Below the pieces are notes generated by a model that did no database searches, was not told where the DNA came from, and saw nothing but the letters and a program-made list of their open reading frames with translations. Below, piece by piece: positions 24,930 through 33,037 of a stretch of 64,000 bases of DNA. Numbering within the stretch: the stretch's first letter is position 1; each line of letters begins with the position of its first letter. The position numbers were made by a program, and so were the translations under genes. The DNA comes from Macrostomum lignano (lineage: Eukaryota), in contig NIVC01001020.1 of assembly GCA_002269645.1 (NCBI GenBank), positions 62,001 through 126,000 on the forward strand. Direction: 5' to 3'.

Positions 24930-25877
24930 CTAGCGAACCCGAAGTCCAGGGAGACCGACGCAGCTTTTCAGGACCTCGAGCAGCCTGCCGGGCCGGCGCA
25001 AACCGAACAGCGGGATGAGCTCGTGACAGAGCTGTCGGACGAAACAATCAAAACTCTGCCTAGACCAGTAACGGCGGCCTGCTCTCTGACGCTTTACCGG
25101 AGCGATATCTCTGCGGATGAAGAACAACGCCTGCAGCAGGACCATTGACAGTGCGCTCCTCGGTTCTCGCTGCGAGTCTCGAAACAGCCGTCTCATAGCC
25201 GTGAGCACTGACACGATTCCGTCCGACTGTCCAGCCAAAATATGCTTCATCAAACGATGGCGGAGCTGACGCGCAGCTGCCGATAACGACAGCTTTTCAT
25301 CATCCCATATTGCTCCCGACGCGCGATGTGAGACAACCTCCTTGCTTTCCGGTACATCGATCTCCATAGCTTCTGACTCACTACTTCCGGAGGAGCCATC
25401 CGATGCCAGCAACTCGTCTTCTTCTTCTGTGTCGATGCTACACTCATCCGACTCCTCGCTCTCATCGTCGTCCGAGATTAGAATGTAGCCATCCGCTTCG
25501 TAATCGTTCCTCTGTCCCTGTCTCCCCTGCCTGAGACCAGCTTCCTTGCGCTGAGCTTCTTCAACTTCTCGCCTTTGCTGTACTCCCTCTTCGATGTCCG
25601 CCGGCATTCTTACACCAGTAGGAGGTATGAACGTCATTGCGAAGGTTACAGCCTCGTCATACGGGATTGATTTATCGCCCAACTGGTCGTACATCGCTCG
25701 GCGATATGGACACGATAGAATTCTACCAGCAGTCTCAATTTCTTGGAAACGGCGTCCTGCGAGTTCCTTGTCCGGGTGCTTGTCCGGGTGCCAGAAGAGC
25801 GCTAGCTGTCGATAGACTCGCCTGATCTCGGCACGTTCGGCTGTGTGTCCGACTTGGAGGACAGCGTACAAATCCAT
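24930..25877 (-). CDS. DnaJ/Hsp40 J-domain protein, 315 aa, third ORF of the retrotransposon
   Basis: MDLYAVLQV...EIRRVYRQLALFWHPDKHP...RFQEIETAGRILS..YRRAMYDQLG is a canonical J-domain with HPD, followed by an acidic tract and a helical C-terminus. ATG is directly preceded by TTGCAG. Confidence 0.9.
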   Translation of the reverse strand: MDLYAVLQVGHTAERAEIRRVYRQLALFWHPDKHPDKELAGRRFQEIETAGRILSCPYRRAMYDQLGDKSIPYDEAVTFAMTFIPPTGVRMPADIEEGVQQRREVEEAQRKEAGLRQGRQGQRNDYEADGYILISDDDESEESDECSIDTEEEDELLASDGSSGSSESEAMEIDVPESKEVVSHRASGAIWDDEKLSLSAAARQLRHRLMKHILAGQSDGIVSVLTAMRRLFRDSQREPRSALSMVLLQALFFIRRDIAPVKRQRAGRRYWSRQSFDCFVRQLCHELIPLFGLRRPGRLLEVLKSCVGLPGLRVR

Positions 25878-26300
25878 CTGCAAAGCAACGTACTCAAACC
25901 TGCGACACACTGTCCCTGACTCCAGATTCTACTCCTGCTCCCCTCTTGCCAGAGCGTCATCTCCTCGGACCGTGGCCCGCGGTACCCTGCATCGTAAAGT
26001 CCCAGCGCAAATTCGAGTTGTCACCGGATGCCAGTCCGAATACCCTCCACCGATGCATAGATTTTGTAGGCAAAATTTGATTCTCGTCAAAACTTCGATG
26101 AAGATGCGATTAAAATGACTTAATGACGCATTAACGAATTTCTTGAATGACGCATTGGCGAACTGCTCGTACTCATGATGAATGATGCATTGATGAAGTA
26201 CTCGTATTTATGATGAATGACGCATTCGCGAAATATTTTTCTGGCTTTTAACGATAATCGCATATGAAACTGATGAGACTTCACGATGACGAGTAACCCA

Positions 26301-29300
26301 TTAGAATGTCACTGGCTGGCCGTAGCGATCCGGCGGCCGTCGCAACCTTCCGGACCTTCGAGGCTCAGGTGCAGCTTCCACCGGGTTATGAGTAGGCTGC
26401 GGGTCGTCAACCAACTCCATCTGCTCTTCCAGCACCTCGGCGACTTCCTCGGCGTCCTGTGGCGGCATCAGTTGAGGCCGAGTCCAAGTCTCGCATTCCG
26501 CCTCTGTCTCCGAGTCCGTCTCGTCGACCACCTCCGGCGGTGCCGCGGTCCTAACTGGTGTTTCCAGGGCGGCCGGTCGAGCGAACTTCCGGAGGTTGTT
26601 GAAGTGGACGAACTTCGACTTTTTACGATTTGACGGGTTTTCCACTTTGAAGAGCACCTCGGATCTTCTTTCGAGCACCTTCACTGGGCCGAGCCAGCTT
26701 ACGTGAAACTTTGCGGCTTCGTCTGGTTTCAGGGCGGGGCTGTAGACGAAGACATGGTCACCCTCCTGAATATCGGATCCTCGGGTTCTTTTATCGTACT
26801 GGTCCTTCTGTCGCCGCTGATAAGTATTCAACTGCTGTCGAGCAGCGCGATGAGCTGTCTGCAATTTGTCTTCTAGCTCCTTGACGAAATTTACATGCGA
26901 ATCGACAGGCTGTGGCGGCTGGTCAGTCAAGTCTATCGGTAGGCGCATCTCCGTGCCATAGACCATGTAGTGGGGAGTATAACCCGTTGCTCGATGCACG
27001 CTTGATCGGTACGCCATTAACGCAGAGCTGACGAATTCTTCCCAGTCGTTTCGTCCTGAGTCCTCTAGGCAGCACTTGAGGATGGATTTTAAACTTTTAT
27101 TGAAGTTTTCTACTTGTCCATTTCCGCTCGGATGATAAGCTGTGGTTCTGGACTTGCGGATCTCGAGTATCCTGCACATTTCGCGCATCACTTGCGATTC
27201 GAAGTTCCTTCCTTGGTCACTGTGCAAAGTACTCGGACATCCATGCTGGCTAATCCATCGATTGAAAAGCGCCCTTGCCACCGTCCTTGCCTTCTGGTTG
27301 CGAAGCGGGTACGCGTCAGGCCACTTCGTAAACGAATCTTGGACTGTCAGGAGATAAATGTTTCCAGCCTTACTCCGCGGTAGCGGCCCGACAATGTCCA
27401 TCATGACGCAATCGAATGGTGCTGCGAATGTCAACGGTTGCAGGGGTGCTCGGTTTCGCTTGCCCGGCTTTGACTTGCAGCAGGTGGCACAACCGCGAAT
27501 ATATTCTTCAATGGCACGAGACAATCCTGGACGCCAGTAGCGCTGAAGCACTTTAAATTTTGTCTTCGCAAAGCCCATGTGGCCACCTCCCACTCCCTCG
27601 TGTAGGGTTTTCAAGATACGATCCAATGCCTTTCGTGGCAGCACCATTTGATACTCATCGCGCCTGTCTTTGTTTCTCACAAGGAGCACGTTCTCTTGCA
27701 GCACCAGGTCGTCTTTTCGAGTCCAGACGGCTCTAGCCAGTGGACTCCAAGCTGTCTCGCTTTTATCTGGAACTGGGTTTGAGCCAAGCGCTTCCTTTAC
27801 TGTTCTCAAATCGTCGTCTTGATCCTGCTCGCTTGCCAGATTGCCGGCTGAGAATCGTTCAAATTCGACTGCATTTAGTCCTTCTGGATGCTGCGCACAT
27901 GCCGGGCATGTCTCCGCTCCGAAATGTCTCCGTACTGGCTTCCTCGACATTGCGTCCGCGTTGCCATGCGATCGACCTGGTCTGTGAACGATGCGGTACT
28001 GAAATGGAGCCAACTTCTCCAACCAGCGAGCAACCTGTCCCTCGGCGTCACTGAAGTTTTTTAACCATTGCAGGCTGCTGTGGTCCGTTCGCAGACAGAA
28101 CGCTTTTCCAAGCAGATAGTATCTGAACTTCATGATGAAAGTCACAACCGCTAGTAGTTCTAAACGAGTCGTACAATAGTTGCGTTCGGCTTGATTTAGT
28201 GTCTTGGACCCATAGGCGATCACTCGTTCTGCTCCATCTGGCTGGACTTGAGAAAGTACCGCTCCTATGCCCATCTTCGAACTGCCATCAGTATCGAGGA
28301 TAAACTCTCCGGCATCCGGGGAGAAATCCGGATGAGCCATAACCTCTGAACTTGTCATTCGTTCCTTCAATGTTTCGAACGCCAGCTGCTGTTCCGTTTT
28401 CCATTCAAACTTTGCGTCTTTTGTTGTCAATCGAGTTAGAGGCGCTGCTATTGCGGCGAAATCTTTAATAAACTTTCTGTAATAGCCACACAGGCCCAAG
28501 AATGAATGCAGCTCCGTCGAGGATCGCGGTGTTGGCCAGTTCTTCACTTCTTGAACTTTCTCCTCATCGGTACTGATGCCAGCAGCCGACAGCGTGTGAC
28601 CGAGAAATTTCACTTGCTTTTGCAAAAAGTGACACTTCTGGGGCTTCAGGCACAAATTTGCTTGCCGCAACTTGCTGAATATTTCCTCCAGTCTTCTCAG
28701 GTGTTCATCCACGTCGGTTGACCAAACCAGTAGATCGTCGATGTAGACGAGACAGGTTTTCCACATCTGCTTGTCCAAAACGGCTGCCATCAACCTGGTG
28801 AATGTTGCTGGGCTGTTCACTAAGCCGAACGGCATAACCTTCCATCGAAATTGTCCGCGATGCGGCACTGCAAACGCCGTCTTGTCCTGATCCTGAGGTC
28901 TCACCCCTACTTGCCAAAACCCGCTGTGAAGGTCCATTGTCGAGAAGATCTTGGCGCCGTGTACTGCCTCCAGCGCATCATCGACCCTCGGCATCGGCAC
29001 TGCATCCTTGACGGTGACCTCATTCAACTTCCGATAATCGACGCACATCCTCATTTCCCCTGATTTCTTCTTTACGCACACCAAAGGAAAGCACCATGGT
29101 GACTGTGCTTCTTCGATCTGCCCCTTTTCCAGCAACTCGTTGACTTGACGATCTACTTCTGGCTGTAAGTGGGGAGGCAGACGACGCGGTGGGATCTTGA
29201 TTGGGCGCGCATTCTCGGTGTTAATTTCATGCTCCACCACGGTAGTTAACTTGCTTGAAGTCTGCTTGGTCGTGAACACATCGCCGTAACTCCGGACAAG

Positions 29301-30461
29301 GATTCTAAATTCTTCGTCTTCTTTCGTCGACAGTCCACAGTCGCCGTACGAGTTTGGTAGCAAGTCTGCTTCCGAAGGGCTGTCGCTGCCTTGGAACTTC
29401 GGCTCTTCCTGTGGATCGTCTCCTGACTCTACGGCTAAGAGCTTGATGGTGTTCAACGGTTCGGTGGATTCTAGGGGGCAGAACCACCCGAGCGTACAAC
29501 CTTGGCGAATTCTGACTGGCTCCTCCGTGATATTGATGAGTCGAGTCGGCAGACGGCTGCCGCTATTTGGGATCACTAAGGCCTTAGCAAGCCAGCGGCC
29601 AGCTGCCAAATCGTTCGCCCCGAGATTCTCAGTTAGGCCGACACACCCTCTGTTCCGTCGTCCTTTGCTCTCCAGCCTTGCTGACAGAACTGCTTGATGA
29701 CCTGGCGGTATTGTGCTGGACCTTGTCGCCAAAATTCTGCAAACGATCGGGCGCTCAGCTTGCCATCGGAACGGGATTGCAGTGTCCTGCACTGAAAAGA
29801 CAGCTGTCTTGTAGTCGATGACGCAACTGTTGTCCCTGCAGAAGTCGGATCCCAATACCAGTTGGTACTTCACTCCGCTGACTACCAAGGCTGGAGTATC
29901 TATTACTTTATCAGCGATTGACAGTCGCAACAGGACTGTTCTCTCGATTTCGATCGGGCTGCCGTTTGCTAAGCTAACGTAGCCTTCAGCACCGGCCAAA
30001 TCTCTGACGCTCTGTTTCGGCATACTTTGGTAAGCTTCCCGTGAGATAATGGTGCAGGAAGCTCCCGAGTCCACTAGCGCGTTCACCCTCCGCCCTGCGA
30101 TTGAGGCCGTAACATATATCGACGCAGGATTGATTTGAATTGACTGAGGTGCGTTGACGGTGATTGGGCGCTGCGACTGTGCAAAACCGGCTAGTTGATG
30201 GTGAGGTGCAGTACCGGACGCTGGAGGCTGATGAGGCACTGTACCGGACACTGGATGCTGATGAGACGCAGTACCGGACACTGGAGGCTGATGAGACGCA
30301 GTACCGGACACTAGAGGCTGATGAGACGCAGTACCGGACACTGGATGCTGATGAGGCGCAGTACCGGACACTGGATGCTGATGAGACGCAGTACCGGACA
30401 CTGGATGCTGATGAGATACTGTACCGGACACTGGAGGCTGATGAGACGCAGTACCGGACAC
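26301..30461 (-). CDS. pol: Gypsy Pol (aspartic protease, RT, RNase H, integrase)
   Basis: ALVDSGAS, MPFGLVNSP, YIDDLL, LDTDGS, HEGVGGGH...C..C, DDE core, WLGPVKV. The frame continues upstream to about 31036 if a 1-nt loss at about 30486 in the 30-nt repeat is restored. Confidence 0.96.
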   Translation of the reverse strand: MSGTASHQPPVSGTVSHQHPVSGTASHQHPVSGTAPHQHPVSGTASHQPLVSGTASHQPPVSGTASHQHPVSGTVPHQPPASGTAPHHQLAGFAQSQRPITVNAPQSIQINPASIYVTASIAGRRVNALVDSGASCTIISREAYQSMPKQSVRDLAGAEGYVSLANGSPIEIERTVLLRLSIADKVIDTPALVVSGVKYQLVLGSDFCRDNSCVIDYKTAVFSVQDTAIPFRWQAERPIVCRILATRSSTIPPGHQAVLSARLESKGRRNRGCVGLTENLGANDLAAGRWLAKALVIPNSGSRLPTRLINITEEPVRIRQGCTLGWFCPLESTEPLNTIKLLAVESGDDPQEEPKFQGSDSPSEADLLPNSYGDCGLSTKEDEEFRILVRSYGDVFTTKQTSSKLTTVVEHEINTENARPIKIPPRRLPPHLQPEVDRQVNELLEKGQIEEAQSPWCFPLVCVKKKSGEMRMCVDYRKLNEVTVKDAVPMPRVDDALEAVHGAKIFSTMDLHSGFWQVGVRPQDQDKTAFAVPHRGQFRWKVMPFGLVNSPATFTRLMAAVLDKQMWKTCLVYIDDLLVWSTDVDEHLRRLEEIFSKLRQANLCLKPQKCHFLQKQVKFLGHTLSAAGISTDEEKVQEVKNWPTPRSSTELHSFLGLCGYYRKFIKDFAAIAAPLTRLTTKDAKFEWKTEQQLAFETLKERMTSSEVMAHPDFSPDAGEFILDTDGSSKMGIGAVLSQVQPDGAERVIAYGSKTLNQAERNYCTTRLELLAVVTFIMKFRYYLLGKAFCLRTDHSSLQWLKNFSDAEGQVARWLEKLAPFQYRIVHRPGRSHGNADAMSRKPVRRHFGAETCPACAQHPEGLNAVEFERFSAGNLASEQDQDDDLRTVKEALGSNPVPDKSETAWSPLARAVWTRKDDLVLQENVLLVRNKDRRDEYQMVLPRKALDRILKTLHEGVGGGHMGFAKTKFKVLQRYWRPGLSRAIEEYIRGCATCCKSKPGKRNRAPLQPLTFAAPFDCVMMDIVGPLPRSKAGNIYLLTVQDSFTKWPDAYPLRNQKARTVARALFNRWISQHGCPSTLHSDQGRNFESQVMREMCRILEIRKSRTTAYHPSGNGQVENFNKSLKSILKCCLEDSGRNDWEEFVSSALMAYRSSVHRATGYTPHYMVYGTEMRLPIDLTDQPPQPVDSHVNFVKELEDKLQTAHRAARQQLNTYQRRQKDQYDKRTRGSDIQEGDHVFVYSPALKPDEAAKFHVSWLGPVKVLERRSEVLFKVENPSNRKKSKFVHFNNLRKFARPAALETPVRTAAPPEVVDETDSETEAECETWTRPQLMPPQDAEEVAEVLEEQMELVDDPQPTHNPVEAAPEPRRSGRLRRPPDRYGQPVTF

Positions 30462-30940
30462 TGGATGCTGATGAGGTACTGTACCGACACTGGATGCTGA
30501 TGAGACGCAGTACCGGACACTGGAGGCTGATGAGACGCTGTACCGGACACTGGATGCTGATGAGGCGCAGTACCGGACACTGGATGCTGATGAGCCGCAG
30601 TACCGGACACTGGATGCTGATGAGGTACTGTACCGGACACTGGAGGCTGATGAGACGCAGTACCGGACACTGGATGCTGATGAGGTACTGTACCGAACAC
30701 TGGATGCTGATGAGACGCAGTACCGGACACTGGAGGCTGATGAGACGCTGTACCGGACACTGGATGCTGATGAGGCGCAGTACCGGACACTGGATGCTGA
30801 TGAGCCGCAGTACCGGACACTGGATGCTGATGAGGTACTGTACCGGACACTGGAGGCTGATGAGACGCAGTACCGGACACTGGATTCTGATGAGGCGCAG
30901 TACCGGACACTGGAGGCTGATGAGATGCGGTACCGGGCGT
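30205..30940 (-). repeat. Coding 30-nt tandem repeat (about 24 units, GTASHQHPVS) between Gag and protease
   Basis: Plus-strand unit CAGTACCGGACACTGGATGCTGATGAGACG. Confidence 0.92.
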
Positions 30941-30990
30941 TTGATGATGATGAGATGAGATGACGGCTTGTTCGGAGGCTGACGAATTGC

Positions 30991-31036
30991 AGGGGCTCAC
31001 TTGCCTCCAGCTGGTGGGCCCCTCTTGCCTTTTCCC
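30991..31036 (-). promoter_or_regulatory. Candidate -1 ribosomal frameshift signal: slippery G GGA AAA, 6-nt spacer, hairpin
   Basis: Heptamer at 31036-31030 in gag frame; AGGGGC-C-CAC...GTG-A-GCCCCT stem at 31023-30991; the -1 frame is open into the repeat/pol region. Confidence 0.72.
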
Positions 31037-31917
31037 GGCTTTGGGCACTGGAATGAGAGATGGCCTATCTCCCCGCAGTTGTAGCACTTGACACCGCTAC
31101 GCTGCTTCGAGCTGGACGGAGCCGCCTGCTTGGATTGTTGCTTGTCTTGAAGGCCGGGTTCGGGCGGCTCCTGCTGGCCCTGCTGCATCTGCTCCATCCG
31201 TCGGATCTTTTCTTCCATTTCCTTTACTTTTTGACGCAGTTGGCGTAGCTCCTCGTCTTTGCCGGTGTCACCTGTCGACGTTTCGGTGGCAAAGGCATTC
31301 AGCCCAGCCCTGGGTCTGGCTTTGGACTGGGTCGAAGACGCCTTCTGGGCTGCTTCAAGTTGTCTTACTGTTCGAATGGCATCGGTGAGGTTGGCCGGCT
31401 GCTGCAGGTACAGTCTTTCTCGGACAGTGTCGGTTACTCGAACGCCTTTTAGAAATCTGTCTTTCGCCAGCTCTGTCCTGGTGTCGGCATCCGCGGTGGG
31501 GAAGGCATTGCGCACCAACTCCAGCAGCTCGTCCCCGTAGGTCTCCACAGACTCCTTGTCTAGCTGATCTCGATTCGATAATTCAAAACGGTAGTCCTGG
31601 GCTGTTCTGTTCATGGTGAACCGCGCCAGTAGTGCATCCGTGAATTCCCCGTACTCGATGTCGTCTGCCAAGTCCAGCTTATCAACGGCAGCGTAGGCTG
31701 TTGTGAGGTCGAGTAGGCCGATCAGGTGCGGCCGCCTGGCTTCTTCTTCTATACCGACAGCCTCGCAGTACTCGTTGAAACTCTGCAGCCATAGGCTGAA
31801 ATTCATCGTTGGTATGTACTTGGGCGGCTTCGAGAGTCGTGGCGCTGCTCGGTCGGCGTTGGCTCTGAGGCGCGCAGCCAGCGCATCGATCAGTTGGTCC
31901 ATAGCTTGATCACCCAT
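30997..31917 (-). CDS. gag: Gypsy Gag with CCHC zinc knuckle
   Basis: CYNCGEIGHLSFQC near the C-terminus. The ORF track labels this ORF +, but the protein only reads from the minus strand (plus-strand TCA at 30997-30999 is the stop). Confidence 0.93.
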   Translation of the reverse strand: MGDQAMDQLIDALAARLRANADRAAPRLSKPPKYIPTMNFSLWLQSFNEYCEAVGIEEEARRPHLIGLLDLTTAYAAVDKLDLADDIEYGEFTDALLARFTMNRTAQDYRFELSNRDQLDKESVETYGDELLELVRNAFPTADADTRTELAKDRFLKGVRVTDTVRERLYLQQPANLTDAIRTVRQLEAAQKASSTQSKARPRAGLNAFATETSTGDTGKDEELRQLRQKVKEMEEKIRRMEQMQQGQQEPPEPGLQDKQQSKQAAPSSSKQRSGVKCYNCGEIGHLSFQCPKPGKGKRGPPAGGK

Positions 31918-32141
31918 GGCCGAAGTCACTGAATACCGTTGCTACTCTTTACTCTGAGGTGGTGATAGCTATCGATCTCTGATAACCAATCAGTTGTCTG
32001 TCACCGTGATCAATGTCTTTTGCGGTAGGGCAATAGCCGCAAGCGATAAGCAACAGTCGTTTTAATAAGAAAAAACGCTCACAATATGACAGCAATTTTC
32101 ATAGAAAGCAACTGAGCCGACTTTCAATCTTTGGGGACAGG

Positions 32142-32159
32142 GTCCCTGTTCGGGCGCCA
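32142..32159 (-). other. Primer-binding site for tRNA-Lys (TGGCGCCCGAACAGGGAC)
   Basis: 18-nt match to the classical tRNA-Lys(UUU) PBS, 3 nt after the 5' LTR end. Confidence 0.93.
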
Positions 32160-32162
32160 ATT

Positions 32163-33033
32163 TGTTGTAACCCGGGTCGGCTTGGGTGCCCAGTCCCGAG
32201 TACAATATATATTATATGTGAAATAACAGGCGTTGTGACGCTCTGTCTGTACTTTTATGAATACGACGAGCAGGCGTGGCGACGCTCTGCGATAATAATT
32301 CGATCCCTCTGGTGTTGTGACACTCAGAGTTCACGCTGCGGCTTGAGGTGTGGTGACACTCTCGAGTGCTTCTATTCTCTATACCGTAAGGCGTACGCAA
32401 TATATATGGTAAACGGTACCGTACTACAGAAGCTATATGGTCTCCCGGCGTTATGACGCTCTGGCAAGAATTCGGCCTAGCAAGCTTCCCGGAAAGAAAG
32501 GACTCAAACAGCAGGCGGCTTACCAGTGGCCAGATGACTGTTCACCGTTTATTATTCGCAGGTCTCAAGCGCAGTTTCCGACTTCTTCTTAATTCTCCAA
32601 GACTCTTCTCAATTAGGCTATTGTGTTTCTTTTATCCAAGTAGCTAATGTTGCTGTTTCTTTTATCAGGTCTCGCGCTTGCACTCTCGGAGCACACCAAA
32701 ACACAAAAAGCACGCCGGAGGTGGGCAAGAGCCAGAGTCGCACCATAAATAGCACCCAAACCCTGGGGCAGACGGCCCCACCGGCTAAGCTCACCAAAAC
32801 AAACCACGCCGGCCCAGCCAATCAAAACCCCGCCTAAGGGGGGAGGGGCTGCACCCGCGCCAAAGCTGGCCCGGCCGCAGCCAACCAGCCCTGAGCACGG
32901 GGCAGGGGCACGGCTGGGGAGGGGCACGCGCAAAGCCCGGCCGGGGCCAGACCCTGCCACGCCCGCCAACCCCCCCCCAACCAGCCCCAAAGTGCAACGC
33001 GCCCTGCCAACTGACAAGGGCGCATGCACTACA
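32163..33033 (-). repeat. 5' LTR (871 bp)
   Basis: TGTAGTG...TTACAACA on the minus strand. Confidence 0.96.
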
Positions 33034-33037
33034 TAAG

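Larger units (their letters stand above)
23012..33033 (-). mobile_element. Full-length Ty3/Gypsy LTR retrotransposon (about 10.0 kb) with gag, pol and an extra J-domain ORF
   Basis: TG...CA LTRs of 870/871 bp, TAAG TSD at 23008-23011 and 33034-33037, PBS, PPT, and pol domain order PR-RT-RH-IN. Confidence 0.97.

Noticed and set aside
24930-25300. Rb-binding LxCxE motif in the J-domain protein (T-antigen analogy)
   Set aside because: The closest match is QLCHE, which lacks the required Leu spacing.
30205-30940. Repeated CTGATGAG suggesting hammerhead ribozymes (also at 26269)
   Set aside because: No correctly placed stem II or GAAA core; the motif is antisense to the element and explained by HQ codons.
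30997-31929. ORF track labels the Gag ORF as + strand
   Set aside because: The listed protein is the reverse-complement translation, so it is on the minus strand like pol.
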